The notes below the pieces were generated by a model, which did no database searches, had not been told where the DNA came from, and was given only the letters and a program-made list of their open reading frames with translations. Below, piece after piece: positions 23,611 through 36,480 of a stretch of 64,000 nt of DNA. Position numbers and translations under genes: made by a program. The stretch is from Octopus sinensis (Eukaryota). The stretch is taken from the NCBI RefSeq assembly GCF_006345805.1, contig NC_043005.1, positions 22,816,001-22,880,000 on the forward strand. Direction: 5' to 3'. Within the stretch, counting starts at the first letter, position 1; every line of letters starts with the position of its first letter.

Positions 23611-24469
23611 TGATCATGGGGAAAATACGACAGGACTTTCTCTCCAACGTTATACCATTCTCTGATTGGACTTTAAGGCTCAGAAATATCTGGAACGTAT
23701 TCCGATGTTACTGCCCACCATATCTGCTTTCTGTTTGTTTCTCGCCTCGTGCACATTGACACAACAAATTTGCACACTCTCTTTTTTTCTTCTCGTACAC
23801 ACACACAAACACACATACACTCACATTCGGCTTACACATCCACACACAAATGGAGCTGTTCGTTCATGACATTGTTAACTACGATTCTAGTAGAAGCAAG
23901 TTCTAAGCGCAAAAATAAACAAAATCTCTTTTAAAATATTGATTGACTGAAAACAATTCAAGGCCTACTTTTACCATCAATGTATATTTTTGATTCCTAG
24001 TTTAACAAAGAGCACTGTATTAGCTGTATTAGTTAAAATGAGAGTTAGCTCTTTCTTAACCGAGATTCTCTTTACTTAGTATTAGACGACTATTGTTAGT
24101 GTGAGTATTTAGAAGTTAATAAATAACTTTTGTCTCACTCGGTGATAATTTTGCCATTTCCTGGAGGACATTGTTCTTGCTTTTCGGTACTCACAGAAAT
24201 CCACTAAAGAGAGCTGATTTCAATATGCTTCAGTTTTCCTCCTGGCCATCTCAGCCAGCTTTCTGCAAAAGTACAGCTTAAGATGAATACATTCAGTATT
24301 TGGCAACAGATTTGTTGTTTGATAATTTAGACTTTTTTTTCTTTTTTGGTCACATAAGTGGTATACAGTAAAAGTCAATTGCTGCTATCGTTTAAGTCAG
24401 TCTCATGAGCCAAATTCCACTGCTTTATGATAGTAAAGTATTACAGTATTACTAAACCTTGACAAATAT

Positions 24470-25500
24470 CAACCTTCGTACTCAAACGTGTTCAGGAACC
24501 CTTTACCAGGTTCCTAAACACGATATGTGGGTGACAGGAGGCTGTGTTGATGTATGTTAGCCTCTCGTTTAGTTAGCGGTAAGGCCTGTGAGTACCGGAG
24601 CCCAAGTCCAGCGTGATGTCTAAGAAATACGCTGTGGTGAGATTGGTTTCTATGGTGATCTTCAATCCCATAGCGGCAAGCGTGCTGATTAAGTCCTTCA
24701 TAAGCCTATCTAATTAGTGTATGGCCGCTTGCTCCCTTAGAGATGGTCAGGGCATCATCTCTGTAGAGGCCAAAGGGGACAGAGGGGAACTTTTCATAAG
24801 GATGTACAACCCATCGCTACGTCAAAGGAGCCTGTGGGGTCGGATTACTTGACCCATGCTGAACTTTTGTTAAATAGTACTGCCTTCCAGGCATGCATAA
24901 TAATTTCTACATCGCTATCACTAAAGCTAGTGAAGTCCCTAGCGAAAGAAAGCGTTTTGGTCAGTAGCGCTTTTGATATAGACGAATAAAAGTTGAATAT
25001 ATCAAATCGGGTGAAACATGCCTTGCCTCTACCCTTGCTGACGTTACAAGAAAAGGTTGGTGGGCCCTACATCAACTGTACAAAACGCTGCGATCTATGA
25101 ATCTATGCATAGCCGAACGCACGAGAATCCTAAAATTCACTAAAGAGAACCAGGCACTATACTAAACTGCAGAACTGAGATTTTCGGGCCATGTTTGCAT
25201 TTTAGGACATTTCTGCTGGCATTTTGGGAACCGCAAGGTTGCGGCACAGCCGGAAGTTGGTAGTTAACGGGAGAGAGAGAGATAATCCCTTATTGTTTAC
25301 CCTATAGCTGAATGATGTCGGTACGGGCGGAAGTCGATAGCCATTAGCAAAGGGATACAACCTCCACCTTGTTTACATCTGCCTTTCTACTGAAACTTCT
25401 CTTCAGGTTTTGGGTTCTGACAAAACGCCATAAGTTTAAACCATTTATGGACGGGAAACACAGAGTAACCCCATAAACCGGACTTCATCAGAAAAAAAAA
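24470..25500 (-). mobile_element. Penelope-like element: RT fragment plus upstream pLTR
   Basis: FDIFNFYSSISK, FGLYRDDAL, FLDITLDL, YINTASCHP; decayed hammerhead at about 25414-25495. Confidence 0.85.
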
Positions 25501-25601
25501 TTATATATCTATAGTAATACGTAATTGTAAGATCCAAAGATGTGTTGTGTGTGCGTGTGTGTGTATGTATGTATGTATAAAGGAAAATTCAGTTGGCTTA
25601 C

Positions 25602-25697
25602 CATTCTTTTGACCATTTGTGGAGCCAATACATTCATGAATGGATAAACACCAAACAGCAAGCTCATTAAAGTATTGTTTATTCCACGAAGTTTAGC
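25602..25697 (-). CDS. SLC18B1: SLC18B1-like exon (96 bp, phase 0 to 0): AKLRGINNTLMSLLFGVYPFMNVLAPQMVKRM
   Basis: Acceptor ttttttccttcAG and donor GTAAGC; resembles SLC18B1 AEKKGASNTIIGMIFGCFALF. Confidence 0.9.
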
Positions 25698-26887
25698 CTG
25701 AAGGAAAAAATATCCATTTGGTTCGTTAAATCTGATCAGTTATAGAGGTGTAATGGTGCATTATTGTAGGGACAAGTCCACGTATTTTGTAGGAAGAATA
25801 CAGTCGTTTAACTTAAACCCTAGTGCTTGACTAGAACTGATTTTACTTATATCCATAGAATGAAAGACAAATTCCTCTCCACTCCGTTACAACAACTAAA
25901 TACAGCCAATCTGTCTGCCTTTTTAACATACCCCACTCTTTTCTTAATCCCAATAACAACTGCTACTGAGCAAGAAATTAAGCGATGGTAGACAGAGTTC
26001 GTGACACGGTTTCCGCTCTTAGTTGATATATTTTGCTTATCCCAACAAATGCCATTGAGAAAGGCTTAGAAGTTACATAATCTAATGTTTTATAGTAAAT
26101 TGACGATCATTGTCTCAAATAAAAAGTTAATATTTTCGCCATTAATCACAGGTGGAAAGCTACAAATCCAAAATCATTCTAGATTTTAGTCGCAGTGCCT
26201 TGAACGGCGGTGTTGTCAGACATAGTATTCAATATTTAGTCATGTCTTTTAGGTTCTGTGTTCAAAGCCCACTTGTAATTGGCACAGCTTTTCGTCCATG
26301 CAGGGTGCCTATGCAATAGTTATACTAGTTATATACTGAGGTCAACAGGCACACCCAAATTTTCCCTTCAATTTTAATCACTACAGTTTGTGTTTCGTAT
26401 GAAATTAATATTTTTTTTTAAATATGGTCATCACCACTGTATGAAATGTTTTCGGTTCCTGTCAGCGCCTTCCCGAGATTTAGGTTCAATTCCTAGTTGC
26501 ACCTATTTTACTTTACTTCTCCAACATCGTTAATGTCCAAGAGAAGGACATAAGTATCACTCTGTTTTATATTTGTTCTGATTTTAACTTTTCTAGCTGA
26601 TGTTCTTTCTCCCATAAAATTAGTAAACTTGTTTCATATCTTCTTCATTTTGATTTTTCTTTAATAAATGTATAAAAATGTATATATGTTTTATTTAAGG
26701 CATAATAAATAAATGAAACATGTAGATCGCATACTAAAGTAGAATTTGACTCTTGTAGATCACGTTGGTTACGTAGATCACATACCTAAGTAGCACCCAA
26801 AGTTTGATTGTTTTTTTTTCTTCTTTTGTATACCTTTCATTTTTGCATTAATTCCTCCAAAGCAGGAGTTGAACTCATTACTATAAC

Positions 26888-26981
26888 CTGTGGAAAGAAA
26901 CATTTGTCAACAGTTATGGCGCTGCTGCTGATTCTAAACAGCATGAAGTTGTTCCCATCCTTGATAACTGTTCTCAGCTTT
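26888..26981 (-). CDS. Candidate upstream exon of the SLC18B1-like gene: KLRTVIKDGNNFMLFRISSSAITVDKCFFPQ
   Basis: Strong acceptor gtttatttttcAG; ends in FFPQ (family PFFP motif) in phase 0; the donor (GTTATA, or GTAATG 6 nt further) is weak. Confidence 0.4.
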
Positions 26982-27221
26982 CTGAAAAATAAACATACTC
27001 CTGACCTCTTCAAAATCACAATTATCAATCTACAAAGTCTCATTGTATTTGAACAGTTTCACAAGTTCATAAGTATCCGGTCGGTTCATAAGTATCGGTT
27101 GCAAATATTAGACTTAATAAAGCCGCGATCTATGGTGAAAATAGATTTTTATCAGTGTTAAGTGATTTCACAACACTGTGACCAAATTCTTCTGTGAACG
27201 GACGTTGAAAATTATTGTCTG

Positions 27222-28104
27222 ACTAGCTTAAGGTGACCCGCTCTACGCGCGGGTAAGAGTGTGGTTGTTACTTTCTGATGCTTCCTTTCTGTTTTTTATC
27301 ACCATATTCTCCCTCTTTGTTTCACTCTCCTTTCTCTCACTTTCCCGCTCTCTTACTCTTCCTTTCTCTCGGACTCTCCCTCGCTTTCTCTTACACTCTA
27401 ACTTTCTCTCTCCCATTTATAAACAACAAAAGATCTTGAGTAAGTTAAGAAAGAAAATATTTTGAAAGATCAATCATAAATATCAGGCAGTGACAACGGA
27501 AACGTCTGCTTCAAGGCAAACAGCAAAACACTAACATTTAAAAGGGACAGACGAACTTGCGAGCTGAATAAAAATTTAAAAATATTGGAAACTAAAGTTT
27601 GAAGGGATAGAATCTGAGGATAGTAGAGTCACCATGGCTGGTATTTCTTAACGACGGACAGCAACGTAGTGGCAGTTTAACGGCTGGCGTAAAATTTTGA
27701 ACTTGATGTAAAAGAAAATTCCTAAACACCAAGTTTTGAAGTGATTCTTTCTCACGACAGTAGACACACCATGGCAAGCATTCAAAACTTCTTCATGATG
27801 GACGGCAACACATTGAAGATTTAAAGGCTGGCGCAAATTTTTTAGCTTGATGTAACAGAATTCCTAAACACCCGCTCCTGTAAATTTTAATCCCTTTCCA
27901 GCCCCATTTAGACCCCTTTTCACATTTTGGTTAAAATAACCTGATTTCATTTGGGTCTACTCGGGCTACATTTTATAAGATGAGGAATTTTGTCCTAGAG
28001 GTCACGCCTTTCATTTGAAGAAAAAAATAGTTGCCATGCAAAGTCGCCAGCACTTCTAACATAGGTGTGCATATTTTCAGCTCAACCGACCACATAATGC
28101 ACAC

Positions 28105-28141
<37 letters not shown>

Positions 28142-28720
28142 GCATTATATATACAAATGTATACTATATATATGCATATATATATATGTATAAATACAGA
28201 TATATACACTTTGTATATATACATTATATATACATATTTATATATAGAACACACACACACACATATAAATTAACCCAATAAATATCCGATTCATAATATT
28301 TGTTCTCGTGATTCTGTTGTGGTGGTGGCGATAATAATTCTCTCTATAAATGCAGACAGACGTAGAGAGAATGGGGATGTGGGCGAAAGAGTGAAGGCGG
28401 CGAGGGAAAGATAGTAGGCGCTGTCAAACGACGTTATAGAGAGAAAGTGAAAGGAAGGGAGGAAAGAGAGAGAGAGAGAGACGGAGGAAGACAGGCAGAT
28501 AAGAGAATGAAGGAAGACTTGTCAAAGTGTGCGATTTTTGCCCCAGTAACCACACCTTTTAAGATAGGGATTTCTAACCTAGCCCACTCATATCTTCACC
28601 TCATTTTACATGTCCCTGTAAATTTAGGAGTCAATCCGACGGGATCTAGTACCCTTTAACCCGTTCCAATGCCAAAAACCAGACAAACAAACAAACTTTT
28701 TGCATTTCAGATTTATAGAT
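27222..28720 (+). mobile_element. Non-autonomous Helitron-like (Lep1/DINE-type) element, copy 1
   Basis: ACTAG start with ACCCGC/GCGGGT hairpin; ends (CAAA)n...GCATTTCAGATTTATAGAT. Confidence 0.7.
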
Positions 28721-28724
28721 ATTG

Positions 28725-29586
28725 ACTAGCTTAAGGTGACCCGCTCTACGCGCGGGTGAGGTTGTGGTTGTTACTTTTTGTTGCTTCCTTTCTGTTTCTT
28801 ATCACCACATTCTCCCTCTTTTTTTCTCTCTCCTTTCTCTCTCACCTTCCCACTCTCTTACTCTTCATTTCTCTCGGACTTTCCCTCGCTTTCTCTTACT
28901 CTCTATCTTTTTCTATTTATCTCTCTCCCATTTATAAACAACAAAATATCTTGAGTAAGTTGAGAAAGAAAATATTTTTACGCTTTTTAAACCCTTCGTC
29001 GTTATTCTCATTTGCTCATTATTACTTTCTCTCTATAACATCGTTTGATAGCGTCTACTATCTTTCCTCCGCCGCCTTCGCCAGCGCTGTCACTCTCTCT
29101 CTCTCTCTCTACGTCTGTCTGCATTCATAGAGAGAATTATCATCGCCACCACCACCACACAATCATGAGAATCTTTCTCTATATAGAGAGAGAGGGAGGG
29201 GGAAAGAGAAAGTAATAATGAGTGAATGAGAATAACGACGAAGGGATTAAGAAGCGTAAAAATATTGAAGGCGGCGGAGGAAGGATAGTAGACGCTGTGA
29301 AACGACGTTATAGAGAGACAGTGAAAGGAATGGAGGAAAGAGAGGGAGATGGAGAAAGACAGGCAGATAAAAGAATGAGAGTAGACTTGTCAAAGTGTGC
29401 GTTTTTCGCCCTAGTAACCACACCTTTTAAGATAGGAATTTCTATCTTAGCCCACTCTCATCCTCACCTCATTTTACATGTCCCTGTAAATTTTGGAGTC
29501 AATCCGACGGGATCTAGTGGCCTTTAACCCGTTCCAATGCCAAAACCAGACAAACTTTTCGCATTTCAGAATTATAATATAGAGAT
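28725..29586 (+). mobile_element. Same Helitron-like element, tandem copy 2
   Basis: Identical first ~33 nt and homologous 3' ~250 nt; different interior. Confidence 0.72.
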
Positions 29587-30653
29587 GTGATATTTGGTGA
29601 GAATAAAATATATTGTCCAAAGAACACAACAGTGTTGATCGAACCAATGAGGGAGCTACATTCAGAACAACAATCTCTAATGTACCTGCGTCTTTTTAAA
29701 AAGTCGGACGAAATCGGTGGAGCTTCGGTTCGGCAACGGAACATGGCGATCGATTCAGCCACCTGTTGTACGCTCTCTCCTCCATAGTTGTCAGAGAAGA
29801 CTTCAAAGTGCAACGATCAACATGAGCATAGTTGTTCCTTTCCAGTTGACAACGGTTTAGCCGTACAGCGGGTACGATCTCGACTATGAGCACGAACGCG
29901 AGCTGACAACCAAGCTCGGGTACCACCACGAATACGAGCACGAACACGGCCATGCACAATCCCACGAAGACGGTCGCGAAGACAGCCGCGAAGTCGGCTG
30001 CGAAGACGGTCATGATCACAACGCCGAACGCCCGGTAGCTGACGACAAACGTATAACACACAAACACTCACACCCGCGCTGGAATTGTCGACCGACATGC
30101 AGCTCGCCGGCAAGCGGACGGAATCGCTGGAGCTTCCGCTAGGCGGGGGAATACGGCGATCGATGTGGTTTCAGAGAAATTTGCAGTAATTTGTAGAAGG
30201 TCATGTGATCATAGATTATTGCAACTGAAACAATTTTCACCATAGGTCTGCTGAATCAGGATTGACTTGGAGCTTAACAACGGCAGCAACAACTCAGTGC
30301 TGGTGATAGAGCGTGAATAACTCACTTCTTCACTGGCTATTGTTCTTATTTAATCCCAGTTCAGCTCAGCTTCGACATATCAATGACCGAAAATCTTTCA
30401 ACCATTATCAACACACCTTTTTTCCAGACAGTGAGTCAAGAACTACATTATCCAAAACAGTCTTTCTTGACGTTGTAATTGTTTTTGCTGTTGTTTAACC
30501 CCGGTTAATTCTTTGACGCAGTAGATCAAAACTTTTCTTACTGTAGTTCTAACTGTAGCCATCACAGCATTTATTAAGATATGGCTTTTCTGTCTGAATA
30601 AAAGATGTAAGGATATCCAATATATCTTTACATCTGTTTTTCTCAAGATAATA

Positions 30654-31873
30654 CGAGGGTCGGCTGAAAAGTTCATAGTCTGACCAAGATGCTCGCATGG
30701 AATGAGATTTCTTCTATCAGTGTTGCAGTGCTTGGATGCCATTGGTGAAGAACCTTTCATCTGTTAGTCAAAAAAGTTGGCAGCAGCAGATATGACGTCA
30801 TCATTACTGCAATATTGGTTTCCAACCAAGTGTTTTTTTTTTTTATATTGGGGGACAGATGATAAATCAGATGGGGCCAAATTAGAAGAATAAGGAAGCC
30901 GATCAACCAGGTCAAAGCCACAGTCGCGTACAACATCCATTGAAACCATGTACTTGTATGCTGGAGCATTGACATTGGGAAGCCAGACCTCTTTCTTCAG
31001 TTTTTCTGGCTATTAGATCTTGATAGCTCTTCGTAACTGCTTCAGCAAGTTGGCATAGTACTTTTCTTTGATGGTGTGGCTCTTTAGAAGACAGTTAAGA
31101 AACACAATGTCTTTTGCATCCTCAAAATCTGATACCATCATCTTGCCTGCAGATGAAACACCCTTGGCCTTCTTTGGAGCAGGTGAGGATTGATGTTTTC
31201 ACTGCACAGATTATCTCTCTGTCTCTGGTTCAAAGTAATAAAGCCAACACTCATCCTGTGTTAGGAAACGTTTAAGAAAACCAGCTGGATCTGCCTCACA
31301 CAATGTGAAATTTTCCCGTGATGTGATCATATGTCAGAAGACACTTCGTCCTATCAAGTCATACCAAGTTTTGCAGAATATTCTCAACTCTCTCACAGAA
31401 TATGTTAATAGCATTGATTATTTGATTCATAGTCAATTACTCGTCATCCATCACCGTGTGGAGAACACGATCAATGTTTTCCTCAGTGGAGGCAGTTGCT
31501 AGACGTCCAGATCTTGGTTCATCTTCAAGAATGTCCCTTCTCCTCTTAAATTCGGCTGCTCACTTTTGCATTGTTGATAAAGCTGGAGCAAAATCCCCTA
31601 ATGTAGCAACCATGTCAGCATGAATGTTGTTAGGGACAAAATCCTTTTTCTGCAGGTACTTGATAACACCACAATGCCAAATCGTGTCCATTTTCAAAAG
31701 AGGTTGCAACTAGTTGCTTTTGGAGCAGTCAAATGTCTTGTGCTGTGAGGTGCCACTTTATCTGGGTGAAAAATAATGCAGTTATTAAGAATTTAAATCA
31801 ATGCATGCAATATTTCACAACGCTAGCATCACGCCTTCATAGTCAGCCAATGAACACTTTTTACCCACCCTCG
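30654..31873 (-). mobile_element. Near full-length degenerate mariner (irritans/Hsmar2-like)
   Basis: TA TSDs (30652-30653, 31874-31875), CGAGGGT... TIRs, VRDCGFDLVDRLPYSSNLAPSD. Confidence 0.9.
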
Positions 31874-32289
31874 TAGAGTATGACGTCAGGCAATTTTGAT
31901 TACTATTAGTAACAGAACACCAGACCACATAAATGTATGCATTTGGGGCAGATTGTCTAGAATGTAAATGATGACACATTTTTGACTGATTGTTCAGTAT
32001 ACTATAATTTCTGACATCGTCTTCATAGTCACTGTTATTAAGAGAGAAGATACATTTAGGAGCAATATTTAGGGAATGAATATACATTGAGAAAATGAAG
32101 ATATTTTAATAAGGTTACCTACCTCAACTGGATAGCTAACTTCTAGTAGAGGGAACACCGAAGCGGATAAATAACGCGATAGCAACAGTGCCGTTATAAG
32201 CAATTTTTGTTGAGAAGCAATTTTCTTTGGTGTGTCAGATATTTCGTTGGTTGCTGAATCATTATTGTCTGGTACCTCCTCCGAATTCC

Positions 32290-32800
32290 TCATGATCTCC
32301 ATATTGCTAGGGATTTTACTCTCTGTCTGTCTGTCTGTTTTTCTCTCTCTCTCTCTCTCTTCCTCGTTCTCTCTCTCTCTCTCTCTTTGTTTCCCTCGTT
32401 CTCTCTTTTTCTATTGCTCTGTCCCCTTCGTTCACTGTAACTCTATCACACTGTCTCTTCTCACAATCCCACTCTTGCACTGTCCCCTTTCTCACCGTTT
32501 CTCCTATTCACTGTCCCTCTTTCGCACTGTTCCCCTTTATCACTGTCCTTCCCTCTCTGGCTCTGATCTTTTCTGTTGCTGCATCCCCTCTCACTAACTC
32601 CCTCTCTCACTATTCCCACACCCACACTGTTCCTTTCTCTCACTGTCCTTTCCTCTCACTATCTTACTGTACCGTTCTCTCTGTTTCTTCTTTCACTAAC
32701 CATCTCTTACTTTTCCCTCTCCCACTATAACCTTACATGTCCTCCTCTCACTCCCACACTTCCTCAGCTTCCTTCATTGTCTCTCTGTGCCAAAGAAATA
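32290..32800. repeat. CT-rich low-complexity tract
   Basis: (CT)n and degenerate CACTGTCCC(T) units; accounts for the spurious ORFs here. Confidence 0.85.
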
Positions 32801-33037
32801 AAGAAATATTGAAAGCCTGTGAGACATACATAAATCAGTACATCGTTCTTAACAACAATAAAATCATGAACAGTAACAACAATCGAGAGAGATCCTATGT
32901 GATTGCTCACATTGAAATAAAATATCCTTCAAATCGTCATATAGGAAAAAGAATAGTTGTCTGTGGAATACTCAGCCACTTTACACGCTAATCAATATAT
33001 AATATGCTATATGTATGTATGCATGTATGTATGTATG

Positions 33038-33074
<37 letters not shown>

Positions 33075-33083
<9 letters not shown>

Positions 33084-36000
33084 AGTTCTCTAAATATAAA
33101 TCCCTTCCAAAAACAACTTTCCCAAACTATAAAACGGATCACTTCATCACCTAAATTGTTGCACGTCTTCTCAGATAAAATGGAAATTTTGTATCCTATT
33201 ACTATCGAGGGATACACCAAATTCATCAAGAAGGAACTATACAAGTCTTATAAGCTGGCACCGACATCTACCCTTGACAACCCTTGACACCAACCAATGT
33301 AAGCTTATGAACAAATTACACGTGGACGATCGCAAAGAATTCAACTGCCCTACATCTCCACACTTCAACCTTAAGGATCATAAGAATGACTTCATAACTA
33401 AACCATCTATACGCCTCATATACCCTACTAAATCCAACCTAGGAAGCATAAATCAAAAATATTCTAGCTAAAATAATACCAATCGTCAAAGGGAAATTGA
33501 ACGTCAACTTATGGTCCTGTACAGGTGTAGTCATAACATGGTTTCATCTCTTAAGCAACAAAGACTCTTCTTTCCTACAGTTCGATATAAATAATTACTA
33601 TTCTTCTATTTCTTCCAAACTTCTTAATCAATCTCTCCTAGCTAGGAATCTAACTAACCTAACCCCACTAGAAATTAACATAATTCTTAATGCCCGTAAA
33701 ACACTTATTTCTTTTGAGGACAAACCCTGGTGCCGGATCAACCGCTATAACAATAACCATAACAAATTATTTGACTTTACTATGGGATCATCCGACTCTG
33801 CCCAAGTAACCGTCTTCGTTGTGCTATACATACTCCACTGGCTCCGAATACATTTCCCTAAGATCAAGGGAGGCCTCTACAGAGATGACGCTTTGCTAGT
33901 CACCAAGGGCGTTAATAAATCCTCTTTAGAACTAGTTAGGTAAGATCTACACAATTTTTTTTCTAACATCAACCTATCTATTACTTTTGAAAATTCTCAC
34001 AAAAAATGTTTAGACATACCTTTAAACTTAGAAACCTACCAATACTCCCCATATAATGAACCTAACGAAGACCTTAAGTACTTAAACATTAACTCCAATC
34101 ACAACCAATCTATCTTTGATAATATAGTTAAGGGTATCTCGATTCGTATATCTGACCTCTCATCTACTCAGGAAATATTCAATAACTACGTCCCGTATTA
34201 CAACCAAGCGCTTGCTGCCAGCGGCTTCTCCCAACAAATAAAATACATCTCTAATACTAGGCTCAAGCTACATATATCTCAAATAATTTCATAACGACAT
34301 ACCAACCATCAGAATCCCACCAGACCACCCATAGGCTATACTGGAACCCCGGGAGAACCCAGATTAAGAAAACTTAGTCTCCACACGCACAAATATAACA
34401 CTAGGTCAAAATCTAAACCAACTAACAATAACGGACCATATTACGCCCCTCTAATTTCTAAAAATATAGATTACACTACCCCTAAGTAGCCACAAAAAGC
34501 AGTCGACGCTCTACTCTATTGTATACACCACCCCCGCCTTCTCACTAAACGTTAAGAACTTAGTTAAATCCTTTTTTAATATACTGGAACCCAACTTCTC
34601 GCGTCAGCATAAATATTACTCTACCTTTAATAGATCTACCTTAAAGCTATCCTATTCCTCCCCACCCAACATTTAGTCTATTATAACAGCCTCTAATAGA
34701 CGAAAACTTTCTATTATCAAACGTTAAACTGTAACAATTTTGAATACACGATCACCCAACATATACATAGCTCCAATATCGAACCCCATGCTTTAGATCA
34801 CAACGAAAACCCCACTAACACTAACCAGAACATTATTACAGATAGGATAAATAACAACAACGATAGAAATAGTAATAATAATAGTAATAATAATGTTAAT
34901 AACATAGACCAATCTACCTCCATTTCTAACCTCTCCTTAGACAGTATTACCTCCTCCATTCATGAGGACCATCTGCCCTCTGCAAACAAATTACAGAAGG
35001 TCTAACGTAATTTATAAATGCACCGACCACAACACGTCACGCAATTCTACAACTGTGTATATAGGATCAACTATAAATTTTAAACAGCGATACGCTGTGC
35101 ATCTCAATTCTTTTATATGTAAAAAACGTAGTAAATCCACAACACTCGCCAGTCACATACATCATCTCAAAAATAGAAATATTCCATACATCTTGTCATG
35201 GTATATAATAGATTCAAGTCTTCCATATCAGGATCAACGTTCAGCCTGTAAGTTATACCTAAAAGAAGCATTCCACATATTAAAACACAACTCTTCAATA
35301 CTACTAAATAAATGTAATAAAGCCCTAGGTACATGCAACCAACACTGTTTTCATTATCTTCAAATTTTACCACAAATCTAAATGCAACCTAAATCATCAC
35401 AGTATAAAACCTTTTTGACTTCACATTGTCTCCGTTTTTAATTTTTTAACTCTCCATTCGTACTTTTTAATTGTTTGATAATACATATGTGGATATATCT
35501 GTGTTTACATGTGTATGTATGTTTATGTGTGCGTATGTCCGCATGTGTTTGTGTCTATACATATATCTATGGGTGGGTGGGGGATGCATGTATATATATG
35601 CATATATGCGTATGAGTTTAAGTACATAACTATGCGGGTCTATATAACAGTGCATATACACACGTATACATATGTATGTGCACGCGCGTGTATATCAATA
35701 TACACTTATTTTTTTCTCACTCTGATTCCTCAGGCCCCACTATCACATTAGCTAGTACAATAAACAACTCCTATTTTTAGAAACTTAACCACTATATCTT
35801 ATTTTTCCCTTCCTCTTTGAGGTTTGCTACTCACTTTAGTAACCCCCTGTACCATTCTCTGTACCCATCCCTCCACCTTAGTACCTTTCAAACATATCAC
35901 CCCACCACTACTCCTCACACATATTCATTCCTTACGTTCTTATCTCTTCCTATCCCTCCCCCTACTCTTCTCTGATCCCCTCATAATATCTTGACCACCA

Positions 36001-36480
36001 ACTAACATTCCTTTTATTTTCTCTTTCGCTTTCTTTCCTCGCCTATTCCTTTTGACCATTCTCCTCATTTTAACATACACATCTTTTCTCTCCTCTCTAC
36101 TTAATACTAACACTACATTCTCAAAATTTTACTCACACGGAATCTACGTCTCCGCACTTTCCATTTATAATGTCAAACTATGAACTCCTATCAGAATTTA
36201 TATGACACGGACAAGAAACATTTCTATCATTTCTACACACCACTTTCCTTGGATAACGGAACTGCAACTATAACATCTTACATATATTTTTAAAACTTTT
36301 ATTTTCTTATTTCTCTTTATACTTCTTATTTCCATCCTACTATTTCCCTCTATTTAACCATCTCACATCGTCTCTGATCAAGGGATATCCCTAATATTCC
36401 AGAAACAGCTGTAAGACTAACTTTCTCTTTATAAATGTCCTGAAAATTCCACACAGCCTTGGCTTTGTCTCATTTTATTT
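33075..36480 (+). mobile_element. Penelope-like element: RT, GIY-YIG endonuclease and 3' pLTR (pseudogenised)
   Basis: LKDHKNDFITKPSIRLI, FDINNYYSSI, TMGSSDSA, GLYRDDAL; CPL...VIY...YIGST...FKQRY...CKLYLKE. Clade assignment (Naiad-like) is tentative. Confidence 0.92.
36370..36417 (+). ncRNA. Dimer-type hammerhead in the Penelope pLTR, core mutated (CUGAUCA)
   Basis: GUCU CUGAUCA A GGGAUAU-CCCUA-AUAUUCC A GAAA CAGCUG UA AGAC. Confidence 0.7.

Noticed and set aside
24196-24262. Minus-strand exon-like segment (TTTTGCAG...GTGAGT)
   Set aside because: Stops in all three frames and not needed between the 96-bp and 74-bp exons.
25245-25335. Two ETS-like (C/G)CGGAAGT motifs as a promoter
   Set aside because: They lie within the Penelope leader/pLTR region inside an intron; no independent promoter evidence.
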